A DNA stretch of 64,000 bases from positions 1 to 64,000 of the forward strand of contig JAHQWL010000085.1 in NCBI GenBank assembly GCA_029856155.1. Reading direction: 5' to 3'. Within the stretch, counting starts at the first letter, position 1, and the number at the start of each line of letters is the position of its first letter. This DNA comes from Promethearchaeia archaeon. GTDB taxonomy: Archaea > Asgardarchaeota > Lokiarchaeia > Sigyniarchaeales > SOKP01. Positions 20,167 to 30,272 of this stretch are shown one piece after another. The notes beneath the pieces were generated by a model that saw nothing but the letters and a program-made list of their open reading frames with translations, was not told where the DNA came from and did not search any database. The translations under genes and the position numbers were made by a program.

Positions 20167-20643
20167 TTAATTGTTTCTTATTTCTCGGATAAAAGAATTG
20201 ATTTTATCAATATGGTAGCCTTTCTTAATTTCTTTCTTTGTAATTTCTAAAGTGTATAAAGGTTTTTTCTCACAAATTTCAGCCATGCTTTCAAAGGTTT
20301 CAGAACCACCTTTTCCACCTTCGGTACAGAAAAATGCAACCTTTTTAAATTTACCTTTGTTATCAGAGATGTATGTTCTAATTGCAGGTGTCATCCTTTT
20401 GTTCCATATAGGGGTTCCTAATATAATTAAATCATATAATTCTGGATTTTTTTGAACTTCTTTGATGGTGGTTAGTTTTTCTCTCGTTGCAGCATATCCA
20501 CACTTTAAAAATCCTACGATAAATCCTTTTCTTTTCTTAACATCAATAATTTCTTCATATTCACAATTTAAACTGTCTGAAATTATTTCACCAATTTTCT
20601 TGGTATTACTCGTTCTTGAATAAAAAACTATTAGTATATTCAT
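20167..20643 (-). CDS. Flavodoxin-family protein
   Basis: ILIVFYSRTSNT, ILGTPIW, VAFFCT; ATG start at 20643 preferred. Confidence 0.85.
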   Translation of the reverse strand: MNILIVFYSRTSNTKKIGEIISDSLNCEYEEIIDVKKRKGFIVGFLKCGYAATREKLTTIKEVQKNPELYDLIILGTPIWNKRMTPAIRTYISDNKGKFKKVAFFCTEGGKGGSETFESMAEICEKKPLYTLEITKKEIKKGYHIDKINSFIREIRNN

Positions 20644-20672
20644 AATTAACACTTTTTTTTTTTCGTATGATT

Positions 20673-20843
20673 TTAAAAAGATGTTATTAATATTAAAGTT
20701 CCTACAAAAAAAAATATCAATGTTAACATTAGCTTTAAATAGAATTTTGGCACTTTACCAGCAATGAAAGCCCCAAAAAGTATTCCCAACCAAGCGACAG
20801 TTATCAATGCTAAAAAGGATCCTAACCAGACTTCAATTGGATT
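20673..20843 (-). pseudogene. C-terminal remnant of a TMEM165/GDT1 (UPF0016)-like membrane protein
   Basis: Manual translation NPIEVWLGSFLALITVAWLGILFGAFIAGKVPKFYLKLMLTLIFFFVGTLILITSF*; no start of its own. Confidence 0.55.
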
Positions 20844-21007
20844 TCAATATTTTTGAGTCGATTTTTTTGGTTGACTAATTCGTCTACCAATGAGACTGAT
20901 TCTCCAGCAACGTGTCCAACTACTACTCGATTCCCCGAAATTATTTGTTAAATTGCTTTTTCTGTTGAAGTAACCACCTTTCTATATTTACTCTCCCAAT
21001 CTTGCAT
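20841..21007 (-). pseudogene. N-terminal remnant of an acetyl-CoA hydrolase / 4-hydroxybutyrate CoA-transferase, with internal stop
   Basis: Manual translation MQDWESKYRKVVTSTEKAI*QIISGNRVVVGHVAGESVSLVDELVNQKNRLKNIEI; SD GAGGT upstream; TAA at 20948-20950. Confidence 0.65.
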
Positions 21008-21221
21008 AAACATACCTCAATTCACATTTCTTGTTTACATTTAAAGAATTATATAAATATTTATCACTTATTTAGAAACTGATGCTTAGAAAATCATTAT
21101 TTTTATACTTTTTTTTACACATAAAAAAAAAACAAATTATATAAAGAATTAAGTCCAAATATACAATGGCTATTTAGCAAAAATTAATTTAATTAAAAAA
21201 AAATTGAGAGGTTTGTTTTAT

Positions 21222-23123
21222 ATGGAAAAAGACAAACGAATCAAATTGTGTTTTTTAATTTCAGTGGTAATAATATTTTTTTCTGGTGGAATGGCTGCTG
21301 CATTTCAAAATAATTTTGGTACTATCGATGTTCAAGAAGTTGCAATTGCTCGACAAGATGGAAGTCTACTCGTAGGAAAATTATTTCGTCCGATAGATGT
21401 AAATGAATTGAATACTGCTCCTGGAGTTCTTGGATTACATGGATATAATAATGATAAGGATATTCACAGGGGAATAGCTATAGAATTAGCCCGGGCAGGA
21501 ATGGTAGTATTATTAATTGACCAACTTGGTCATGGAGATTCGGAGGGTCCGGGATCCTTTGATACTGCATCATGTGATGCTGCCTATAAATGGTTGGAAA
21601 GTTTACCATTTGTTAATGGTTCTACGGTTAAGGATGACAAACAAATGGGCATTTTTGGTCATTCTATGGGGTATATTGAAGCTTGGTTAACAGCTATGAG
21701 TAATCCTAGTCATGATGCCTGCGCATTCGAATCTTTTCCTCCGCTACTCAGAATGCCTTTTCATCACAACGTTCTACATACCTGGGCAGAATACGAAGAA
21801 TGGTATACTACAGATTGGTATAGTGGAATGAATTGGTATACTGCGAATTTGACTGTAAAGCAAGTCTATCAACAGGGATTAGCGATGATACATTTAAATG
21901 CTCTTGGGACAGGAGATCTAACATATAGCGGGACTCCAGAAGTAGACGAAACATATGGGGATTTTGCTACTGGAACGGCTTATCGGGAACATTTTGTTAA
22001 AGGTATTGACCATCCAGGTTTAACAATGGATCAAGGTTGTACTGCCGAAATAGTTGCATGGATGCTACAGGCTTTAAGTGGTAAAAGTGAAGCTGATGCA
22101 TGGAGTATTGCTGCTATTGCAGGTCAAACGTACTTAGGGGCAGAAATTTTTGGTGGCTTAGCGTTACTCTTTAGCTTTGTTTCTGTTATTTTCTTGAGCC
22201 TACTATTACTGAAAACCAAATTCTTCGCAGAAGTTAAACAACCAATGCCCGAACGTGTAGTTACGAAAGACAAGAAAAGGTGGTGGATTTTTGCTGCAGC
22301 TAATACTGTAATTGCCGCTCTATTTTTCGGTTTATTTACGCATGCAGACGTGCACTGGTCTATAGATGACTCAGGTAGTTGGGGAGCACCCTGGAATATG
22401 GGTATGATGAATAATTGGCTTGGATTTTTTATAACAACTGCCGCGTGTGCTGCTTTTCTGGTAAGTTTATGGTATATCCTTAGTAACAGGAAAGAGAGAG
22501 GTAGTATAACACTATACGATCTTGGAGTTACCTACGATAATGAAAAATTTGCGACAACTATTAAGAATAAAGCACATTGGCAAATATTCGGAAAGACTGC
22601 CTTACTTTCAATAACGCTTTTTGGATGGATGTATTTGCTTGTAAGTATTTTCCAAACATTCTTTTTAATCGAATTCAGAATCTTCTGGGCATTTGCAAAA
22701 ATGTTTACACCCGAACGCTTCTTGATGTTCTTGTTATATCTGCCTCTATTTATACCCTTTTTTCTAATAAATGGTGGAGTGTTTTTATTCGGGCAAGTTC
22801 GTCCAGAGGAATCTAGTACATCAGTAAAAACCTACTTAGTTTGGTGGGCTAAAGCGTTATTTACCATGTTGTTTGGGCTTTTACTACTTTTCTTGATTCA
22901 ATATATCGGAGTAACTATCAGTAATTATCCCTACGAAGGTTGGTGGTTCAATCCAATAATGCCAATCCAATTGATGTTTGCGATTCCTTTTTATTCGTTA
23001 CTCTATCTCTTTATGATCTTCTTTTATCGTAAAACGGGGAAAATCTATCTTGGAGCATTTTTTGGAGCAATAATAACAGTCTGGTTCTTAAGTGTAGGGT
23101 CAGCTATGGCGGTCGGTTTATAG
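21222..23123 (+). CDS. Membrane-bound alpha/beta hydrolase with C-terminal multi-TM domain
   Basis: LHGY, DQLGHGDS, GHSMG nucleophile elbow, DHPG; about 8 C-terminal TMs. Confidence 0.85.
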   Translation: MEKDKRIKLCFLISVVIIFFSGGMAAAFQNNFGTIDVQEVAIARQDGSLLVGKLFRPIDVNELNTAPGVLGLHGYNNDKDIHRGIAIELARAGMVVLLIDQLGHGDSEGPGSFDTASCDAAYKWLESLPFVNGSTVKDDKQMGIFGHSMGYIEAWLTAMSNPSHDACAFESFPPLLRMPFHHNVLHTWAEYEEWYTTDWYSGMNWYTANLTVKQVYQQGLAMIHLNALGTGDLTYSGTPEVDETYGDFATGTAYREHFVKGIDHPGLTMDQGCTAEIVAWMLQALSGKSEADAWSIAAIAGQTYLGAEIFGGLALLFSFVSVIFLSLLLLKTKFFAEVKQPMPERVVTKDKKRWWIFAAANTVIAALFFGLFTHADVHWSIDDSGSWGAPWNMGMMNNWLGFFITTAACAAFLVSLWYILSNRKERGSITLYDLGVTYDNEKFATTIKNKAHWQIFGKTALLSITLFGWMYLLVSIFQTFFLIEFRIFWAFAKMFTPERFLMFLLYLPLFIPFFLINGGVFLFGQVRPEESSTSVKTYLVWWAKALFTMLFGLLLLFLIQYIGVTISNYPYEGWWFNPIMPIQLMFAIPFYSLLYLFMIFFYRKTGKIYLGAFFGAIITVWFLSVGSAMAVGL

Positions 23124-23284
23124 AAAATTTATTAAATTAAATCTTTTTTTTTTATTTCTCTTTCTACGAAAATTTTTTAATAACTCAGCTCATTATTTTG
23201 TGAAATCAAGAATTTGAATAATATTGATGCAAAAAACCGCGAATTTTATTAAAAAAAAAAATTATAGAATTTTGTATTATTAAA

Positions 23285-24319
23285 TTAGATTTGATACCTT
23301 TGATTAACAACAGTTTGAAACTGTATATTTGAACGAGTATTACCTTGAAATCCCCCTCGTTTTGAAACCAAATAAAACTGCGCCATTGATTTTTCATGAA
23401 CTAGAGTAATTCCTCGCCATTTATTATCATTAGAATTGAATTCTACTACATTTCCAAGAGCTACTCCTTCTCTTGAGGAGTATTTGAAATCTAACGCACT
23501 TAAAATTTTAATTAATTCCTCATGGTATTCATTCACTTTACGTTGGGGTGTATCTTTAAATCTAAGTGCTTCGATGGAAAAAGCTTTGAGAATATCTTCA
23601 CTCATCTTTTTCCAAACCTCTGAATTCGCATAATATTCAATGCCGATAAACTCTCCATTAATAAACACAGCGATCCCACACTGATTATCAACATTCTTAA
23701 AATGATTAACAAAATCTCCAGTTTGATTTTCAGATTCCTTTGTCATTTCAAGATAGCTTTGAGTAGGAGCAACAGAAAGCTTATAATTCATTTCAGCTCT
23801 ATGTGATTGGATCTCGTCCCATACAGCACCCTGACCCGCTGCTGAGATAGCTTCATAAGCTACGTTAGGGTGAAGGCGTGTATTTGAAGATTTGAATCCT
23901 CGACTTTTTTTGTAACTCCACCTTGATTGTTCTACACACTTTGCAGGGATTGTATATTTCTGTTTAACTGGTCCAGGATTTTCACTCACAATATTTTGTT
24001 TTCCTCCCGCCGGTATCAAAATTGGTTCCCAGATCGTTCTATCCTGTTTTCCACCATGGACTGTCATTCCAAAGGGAATTAATATTTGTTTATCGCTATT
24101 ATTTATGACTTCTAATTGGCCAACAGTATCAGTTTCAACAATTTCTATTAATTCTAATTCTTCAGCTTCTTTAATACTAATAAAATCAATAAATTTATCA
24201 TCTTGAACAATGATAGGGATAACAGTCATGTTCTTGTAAACTTGAGGAGTGTCTAATTTAAGAAAGCTTAAAGGATTTTCAAATATAGATTTTACAATTT
24301 GGATATTTTCATTTCTCAA
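23285..24319 (-). CDS. ARPP-1 (DUF6569)-family protein
   Basis: V..L.V.N.S...ILIP.G..V.GGKQDR, IPAKCVEQSRW, QGAVWDEI, QCGIAVFING. Confidence 0.75.
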   Translation of the reverse strand: MRNENIQIVKSIFENPLSFLKLDTPQVYKNMTVIPIIVQDDKFIDFISIKEAEELELIEIVETDTVGQLEVINNSDKQILIPFGMTVHGGKQDRTIWEPILIPAGGKQNIVSENPGPVKQKYTIPAKCVEQSRWSYKKSRGFKSSNTRLHPNVAYEAISAAGQGAVWDEIQSHRAEMNYKLSVAPTQSYLEMTKESENQTGDFVNHFKNVDNQCGIAVFINGEFIGIEYYANSEVWKKMSEDILKAFSIEALRFKDTPQRKVNEYHEELIKILSALDFKYSSREGVALGNVVEFNSNDNKWRGITLVHEKSMAQFYLVSKRGGFQGNTRSNIQFQTVVNQRYQI

Positions 24320-24321
24320 GC

Positions 24322-24759
24322 TTATTCATCATCCTTTTTATTATTTTTATTTTTTTCTTTTATACGTTCATTTTTATTTGAAATTTTTTCTTCATAAAGC
24401 GGACTTATAAACTGATTTACTATATCTTTACCATTTTTGGTAAGTTCAACCCCTCGAGCAACTTTTAGCTTTCCACTTTCGCTTTTCCCATTGATTCTTA
24501 CTCCCTTTTCCTTTGGTAATTCATCTTCAGAAAATTCTTCCATTCGAGTTTGGATCATTCCACCTCGCTTTAAAGCGTTTAAGTGATAATTAAGATTTTG
24601 TTTCAGTAATCCAACATTTTCAGCAATTTCAGTGGGTTTCTGAGGACTCTCCGAGAGTTGTCTTAAAATATCTGCTCTCACAGGGCTTCTAAATACAAGT
24701 CCAACTTTTTCAAAAATTTTTTTTTTCTTTTCTTCTTTCTCTGCTTTTTTTTTAGCCAT
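24322..24759 (-). CDS. ArsR-family winged-helix transcriptional regulator
   Basis: SPVRADILRQL...PTEIAE...NLNYHLNALKRGGMI. Confidence 0.85.
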   Translation of the reverse strand: MAKKKAEKEEKKKKIFEKVGLVFRSPVRADILRQLSESPQKPTEIAENVGLLKQNLNYHLNALKRGGMIQTRMEEFSEDELPKEKGVRINGKSESGKLKVARGVELTKNGKDIVNQFISPLYEEKISNKNERIKEKNKNNKKDDE

Positions 24760-24785
24760 TTCACATCATTTTATGAAGATCGAAG

Positions 24786-24820
24786 AGTAAAAACTTTTCA
24801 TTACCGTAAAAGTTTTTACT
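24786..24820. promoter_or_regulatory. Perfect 13-bp inverted repeat, probable operator of the ArsR/ARPP-1 operon
   Basis: AGTAAAAACTTTT-CATTACCGT-AAAAGTTTTTACT, starting 27 nt upstream of the ArsR start. Confidence 0.7.
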
Positions 24821-25025
24821 GTAAAAAAAAGATATCCATTTTCATATTTAAATGTTTGTGATTTTGAAGAATTGGTTTCTTTTTAATTAGTGTTATTAAG
24901 TAAAATTCAACTATATTATTATGTTGTTGGATCTATATAGCCTTAAAAATTGGTCTCTTGTTACTTTTTATACAATTTACCTCTATTATTTTAGATAGAT
25001 AATTTACACATTAAGAGGATTAAAG

Positions 25026-25859
25026 ATGAAAATTTTAACAATAATGGGTGGTCCTAGGAAAGGGTATGGAACAATAGTTATGGAAAAACTGGAATATGAA
25101 TTAAAATTGCTTCAGGAAGTTGAATTTGAATATCTATATCTTAAAGATGTTAATCTAGAATCATGTAGAGGGTGTTTGAATTGTTTTTTTGTCGGAGAAG
25201 AAAAATGTCCGTTTGCAAAAGACGATCGGAACGAAATTACAGACAAAATAAACGAAGTAGATGGTGTAATTTTCATGGCACCTGCTTACGCAATGCATGT
25301 TCCTGCTCTTATGAAAAATTTTTTTGATAGGTTATCATACATCTTTCATAGACCTTGCTTTTTTGGAAAAATAGCAATTGGTATTTGTAATCAAGGAATA
25401 AGTGGTGCAAAATATATTACAAGTTATTTCAATCTAGTAGCGGATTCTTGGGGTTTTAATTTCGTAAATCGATTAGAATTACTAACAGTTCCTTATGGAG
25501 GTGCAGAGAAAAAGATGACCACAAAAATCCAAAAAACATGCAAGATATTTCTAAAAGCATTAAATGGCCAAAGATATCAAAAACCAAGCCTAGGAGGTGT
25601 TCTTGCGTTTAGAATAAGGAAGTTACTGTATGCTAAATATTGGATTGATGAAAATAATGCAGATTATAAATATTGGTTTGAACAAGGATGGTTGGATGAT
25701 GATAAGAAATATTATTACGATGTTAAAATTGGCGTTAGAAAGAGAATTATTGCGGGTCTGATTTGTGCACTAGTAAAACCAAAATTTAAACATTTGTTCG
25801 CTGATGATCCTGAATTAGTAATAAAACGATATATGAAATTAGAATCTCTAAAATTTTGA
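25026..25859 (+). CDS. Flavodoxin-like NAD(P)H-dependent FMN reductase / iron-sulfur flavoprotein
   Basis: GGPRKG, CRGCLNC...C, PAY, MKNFFDR. Confidence 0.85.
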   Translation: MKILTIMGGPRKGYGTIVMEKLEYELKLLQEVEFEYLYLKDVNLESCRGCLNCFFVGEEKCPFAKDDRNEITDKINEVDGVIFMAPAYAMHVPALMKNFFDRLSYIFHRPCFFGKIAIGICNQGISGAKYITSYFNLVADSWGFNFVNRLELLTVPYGGAEKKMTTKIQKTCKIFLKALNGQRYQKPSLGGVLAFRIRKLLYAKYWIDENNADYKYWFEQGWLDDDKKYYYDVKIGVRKRIIAGLICALVKPKFKHLFADDPELVIKRYMKLESLKF

Positions 25860-25887
25860 ATTCTTATGAAAAAGGATTGATAAACAA

Positions 25888-27375
25888 ATGAAAAAAATAG
25901 TTATAATTGGTGGAGGAATAGCGGGGTTATCTGCTGGTTGTTATGCTAAAATGAATGGATATGATGCCCATATATATGAAATGCATAATCTTCCTGGAGG
26001 TCTCTGCACTGCATGGAAAAGAAAGGGCTATACTTTTGATGTTTGTATTCACTGGTTGGAAGGTACTTCCTCCAATTCACCATTCCATAGTATATGGCAA
26101 GAATTAGGAGTTATTCAAGATAAAAAAATTCATTATCAGGATGTTTCGGTAAGATTAATCTCAAATGGGCATGTAGTTAATTTTTATTGTGATCCTGATA
26201 AATTAGCTAAACATTTAAAAGAGATTGCTCCGGAAGATAGTGAGGCGATAGATGAGTTGGTATATACTATAAGAAAAGCATATACGCTATTTAACATGCC
26301 TTTAACAAAAGCTAAAGAACTATTTAGTGTAATTGATAAACTTAAAAATATAAAAAGTTTCGTACCCTATATGAAATTCTTTATTAAATATGCAAGAATG
26401 AATATAGATGAATTTGCAGCTAAATTTAAAAATCCTGTCCTAAAGCAAGCTATACTAGGTCTAATGGTAGATACTCAATTTAATGAATTTTTCGGTGTTC
26501 CTTTTATGATTGCAACCCAAGGTTGTGGATTTCCAGAAGGGGGTTCTCTAAATTTCGCTAAGAGTATAGAACAGAGTTATATAAAATTAGGTGGTAAAAT
26601 TCATTACAATTCAAAAATTGAAAAGATTTTAGTGAATAATAATAAAGCTGTTGGTATAAAACTAGAGGATGGTAAAGAGGTTAAAGCAGACATGGTTATT
26701 TCTGCTGCAGACGGTTATAGCACTATTTTCAAAATGTTAGATGGTAAGTTTATAAATAAGAAAATCAGAAATTGCTACGAAACTCAACCTACTTTCCCCA
26801 CTTATTTGCAGGTATCAATTGGTTTAGATATGGATTTGTCAAGCCATTCCAATCTTAATAACTCAATTTATAATTTTTATAAACTTGACAAACCAATTGA
26901 AATAGCTGGAAAAGAACATAGATTCCTTAGCCTTAAAAATTATGCTTTTGATCCGACATTTTCCCCCAAAGGTAAAACTACCCTTGTTGCTGGTTTCAGT
27001 TGCAAATTTGAAAATTGGGAAAAGTTATCTCAAAATAGAGAACAATATCAACAGGAAAAAAAAAAGGTGGAAAGAGCTGTTATTTCTTTTCTGAAAAAAA
27101 TTATACCTAACATTGAAGATAAAATCGAAGCTATAGATGTAGCAACCCCTTTAACAATTGTTCGCTATACCAATAACTGGAAAGGTTCCTATATGGGTTG
27201 GGCTAATCCCTTTTCTGCGAAAATATCCAGAACATTGCCTAAACTAAAAAACTTCTTTATGATTGGTCAATGGGTAGGGGATACAGGTGTATCTGGTGCG
27301 GCAAAATCTGGGAGAGATAGTATAGAATATATTTGTAAAAAAGACAAAAAAAGGTTTATAACTACCACACCATAA
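25888..27375 (+). CDS. Phytoene desaturase-family FAD-dependent oxidoreductase
   Basis: IIGGGIAGLSAG, PGGLCTAWKRKGYTFD, ATPLT.RYT.NWKGS, GQWV. Confidence 0.88.
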   Translation: MKKIVIIGGGIAGLSAGCYAKMNGYDAHIYEMHNLPGGLCTAWKRKGYTFDVCIHWLEGTSSNSPFHSIWQELGVIQDKKIHYQDVSVRLISNGHVVNFYCDPDKLAKHLKEIAPEDSEAIDELVYTIRKAYTLFNMPLTKAKELFSVIDKLKNIKSFVPYMKFFIKYARMNIDEFAAKFKNPVLKQAILGLMVDTQFNEFFGVPFMIATQGCGFPEGGSLNFAKSIEQSYIKLGGKIHYNSKIEKILVNNNKAVGIKLEDGKEVKADMVISAADGYSTIFKMLDGKFINKKIRNCYETQPTFPTYLQVSIGLDMDLSSHSNLNNSIYNFYKLDKPIEIAGKEHRFLSLKNYAFDPTFSPKGKTTLVAGFSCKFENWEKLSQNREQYQQEKKKVERAVISFLKKIIPNIEDKIEAIDVATPLTIVRYTNNWKGSYMGWANPFSAKISRTLPKLKNFFMIGQWVGDTGVSGAAKSGRDSIEYICKKDKKRFITTTP

Positions 27376-27495
27376 TTTCTTTTTTAATAAGAAATTGAAC
27401 TCTTTTTAGATGACAAAAATTATTAACTATTTTGTATTAGATTCTTCAGTCACCTAAAGAAAATCGTTTCTTACGGTAATTCAAGAGGTAAACTC

Positions 27496-28917
27496 GTGGA
27501 TTCTGAAGCAGAGAAAATATTAACACTCGTTGCTGAAAGAGCACAATTAGCTGAGGGTATCGAGGGAGTTCGCTCGATTCTACTGATAATGTATCGCTTC
27601 CCTTCTCTTAAAAATAAGAAAGTAGCTCAAAAAACAGAGATTGCCATTCCCACAATTGCTGCGGTTAGAGGTGAGTTAGTTAAAGCAGGAATTATTGAGA
27701 AGAAAAACTTTCTTGGTGAAAAAGGAAGAAAATGGGTAAAAGAAAGACTAAGTTTAAGATTTGATTATGATCCTTTACCTGGGAGTTTTGATAATGCAAT
27801 AGAAGAGATCCCTGAAGAATTTTCAATACTAAATAATATCAAGGAAATAATACAGAATAGACCAGATCCCGAATTTGCACTTGATCAATCGCATGCTGAC
27901 TTTTCTACTATTGTAAAAAGAACCCTTTTTTTGCTTAAGAAGGGAGATATTGAAGGAAGAAGGATTATCTTCTTAGGAGATGATGATAATATATCTCTTG
28001 CTGTAGGGTTGACAAGATTAGCGAAAGAGATCACAGTGTTAGATATCGATAAAAGAGTTTTGGATTATATTAAACAAAAAGCAGCGGAGTATTCCTTTCA
28101 AAACTTTAATATTGTCCGTCATGATTTAAGAAAACCATGTCCTAAAGAGATTGTAAACAGATATGATGTAGTGGTGATGGATCCCCCCTATACAGTCCAA
28201 GGATTAAGATTGTTTTTAAAAAGAGCGAGTCAAGTTTTAAAGTCTAGTATTAATGTTAAGGGTAAAACTTATTCAACAATTGGAAAAAAATGCCTTCTTA
28301 GTTTTGGTAATAAACCTCCAATAGAAATGCAGAAAATACAATCATCAATTTTAGATCATGGATTTATAATTAAACAAATGATTCCAGATTTTAATCGTTA
28401 TAAGGGAGGTAGCATAATAGGCCAGTTTAGTCATCTTTTCTACCTAAATTCAGTCATATATCCACAGAGTAAGTACAATCTGAGTTTTAGTTCTCGACCA
28501 ATTTATACTTCTGAGGTTAACAGAGAAATTATCCCTCCTTTTCTTCCGGTTGGTTTTCATTTTGTTGGAGAAATGCGATTTGAATCCCAAAATCAAGTTA
28601 TGGACAATGAAAAAATTCGTCGTATATTTATGGATTCTTTAATTTCTTCTGATTTAACGATTCTAGATATTTTTAATCATAATTATACCCCTTATGGATA
28701 TAGTATTATTGCTATATTAGAAACAAGTCATGCTGCTCTTCATACATGGCCAGAACATGGTTATATTAGCATCGATATTTTTATTTGCGATGAGTTTGAA
28801 AAAGGTTTAAATGCATTAAGGCTAATAAAGAACAAATTTAAACCTAAGGAATCCGAATTTTTTTATATGGAACGTGGGAAAGGAGAATTAATAGAATATA
28901 AGTCAATTGAATTATAA
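27496..28917 (+). CDS. Fusion of N-terminal HTH-like region, branched-chain polyamine synthase (BpsA/DUF43) and S-adenosylmethionine decarboxylase (SpeD) proenzyme domain
   Basis: RP.P...LDQ, FLGDDD, DIDKR, HDLR, DPPY; C-terminal H...PYGYS...LETSHAALHTWPEHGYISIDIFIC. Confidence 0.85.
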   Translation: MDSEAEKILTLVAERAQLAEGIEGVRSILLIMYRFPSLKNKKVAQKTEIAIPTIAAVRGELVKAGIIEKKNFLGEKGRKWVKERLSLRFDYDPLPGSFDNAIEEIPEEFSILNNIKEIIQNRPDPEFALDQSHADFSTIVKRTLFLLKKGDIEGRRIIFLGDDDNISLAVGLTRLAKEITVLDIDKRVLDYIKQKAAEYSFQNFNIVRHDLRKPCPKEIVNRYDVVVMDPPYTVQGLRLFLKRASQVLKSSINVKGKTYSTIGKKCLLSFGNKPPIEMQKIQSSILDHGFIIKQMIPDFNRYKGGSIIGQFSHLFYLNSVIYPQSKYNLSFSSRPIYTSEVNREIIPPFLPVGFHFVGEMRFESQNQVMDNEKIRRIFMDSLISSDLTILDIFNHNYTPYGYSIIAILETSHAALHTWPEHGYISIDIFICDEFEKGLNALRLIKNKFKPKESEFFYMERGKGELIEYKSIEL

Positions 28918-28984
28918 GAATAAGTTTATTAATCGTAAGATCTGAACTATCATAAATCAAAAATCTATAAAAAAAAAATTAAAG

Positions 28985-29824
28985 ATGAAGGAATTAAATA
29001 ACAACAATATAGGGCATTATGATATTATTGATTATCCAAAAGCAAGGATTCCAACTTTAGATTTCCTTGCCTTAGGTGATAATAATCATTATGTAAAAGG
29101 ATTAATAGAATTTGATGTAACAGAGGGCAGAAACAAAATTCAAGAACATGAGAAGAATACACAAAAAAAAATCTCTTTTACAGCATGGCTTCTTAAGTGC
29201 ATAGGACAAGCGGCGAGCGAATTTAAGGAGGTTCATTCTATGATGATGGGGAAGAATAAAATCATCAAATTCGATGATGTTGATATTTCGATAACGATTG
29301 AAAAATCAGTTGAAGGTGTAAAGGCACCAATACCATTGGTAGTCAGAACAACGAATAAAAAGACTGTAATCCAGATAAGTGATGAAATAAGAAAGGCTCA
29401 GGCAGAAGAAGTGGATGAAGCAAGTATTTTAGGAAATCATAATATGAAAGAAGACCTTAAAAAATATGTGTCTCTTCCTAGATTTTTCAGAAAATTTATT
29501 TTAAAGAGAAAGTTTAGAGATCCCGTTAGGATTAAGCAAATGATGGGAACAATTATAGTAAGCTCTGTAGGTATGTTTGGTAAACTTCGAGGTTGGCCCA
29601 TTCCAACAACTGCTCATCCTCTAGCTTTTGGTGTGGGAAGTGTTGCAAAAAAACCTGCAATTATTAATGATCAGATTGAAATTCGAGAATTTCTGGCACT
29701 TAGTGTTTTATTTAATCATGATATTGTTGATGGAGCTCCTGCTACTCGATTTATTACTCGATTAGGTGAATTAATAGAAAGTGGATTTGGTCTTCTCAAC
29801 TTAGAATCTTTTATCTTCTTTTAA
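28985..29824 (+). CDS. Stand-alone 2-oxoacid dehydrogenase E2-type acyltransferase catalytic domain
   Basis: GTIIVSSVGMFG, KKPAII, NHDIVDGAPATRF; no lipoyl domain. Confidence 0.85.
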   Translation: MKELNNNNIGHYDIIDYPKARIPTLDFLALGDNNHYVKGLIEFDVTEGRNKIQEHEKNTQKKISFTAWLLKCIGQAASEFKEVHSMMMGKNKIIKFDDVDISITIEKSVEGVKAPIPLVVRTTNKKTVIQISDEIRKAQAEEVDEASILGNHNMKEDLKKYVSLPRFFRKFILKRKFRDPVRIKQMMGTIIVSSVGMFGKLRGWPIPTTAHPLAFGVGSVAKKPAIINDQIEIREFLALSVLFNHDIVDGAPATRFITRLGELIESGFGLLNLESFIFF

Positions 29825-29900
29825 ATTCAAATATTGCGATAAAAAAAAATATAAAGAAAATAATTGATTAAAAATCAATATACCAAAATTTGAAAAAATC

Positions 29901-30257
29901 ATGAATAATAATGAAATTTCTGAGATAACTGCCAATTTCTTTATTTTGTATAAGGATGAGGAAAATTGGCTAGACGGGTGGATTTCATTGGATCCTTCGC
30001 TGGAAGAATTTATTTCTGTTCTTCGAGAAGAGATTGAATATTCATGGGAATTAGAAAATGTTGATATGTCTGATTATTTGTTGTTCCATATTGATCTTGA
30101 TGATAAAAATAATTTGAAAGAAATTGAAGATAATGAATACTATCAGTTAGTTAGACAACTTCAAGATATTTTCATTGTAGTGCTACATAAAGATATTAAA
30201 TATCGTATAATCGAAAATATCCCTCCTGTATTTGAGTGGTTTATGGGAGCATTATAA
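29901..30257 (+). CDS. Hypothetical acidic protein
   Basis: ORF fills the gap between same-strand genes. Confidence 0.6.
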   Translation: MNNNEISEITANFFILYKDEENWLDGWISLDPSLEEFISVLREEIEYSWELENVDMSDYLLFHIDLDDKNNLKEIEDNEYYQLVRQLQDIFIVVLHKDIKYRIIENIPPVFEWFMGAL

Positions 30258-30272
30258 AATAGGGCTATAAAT

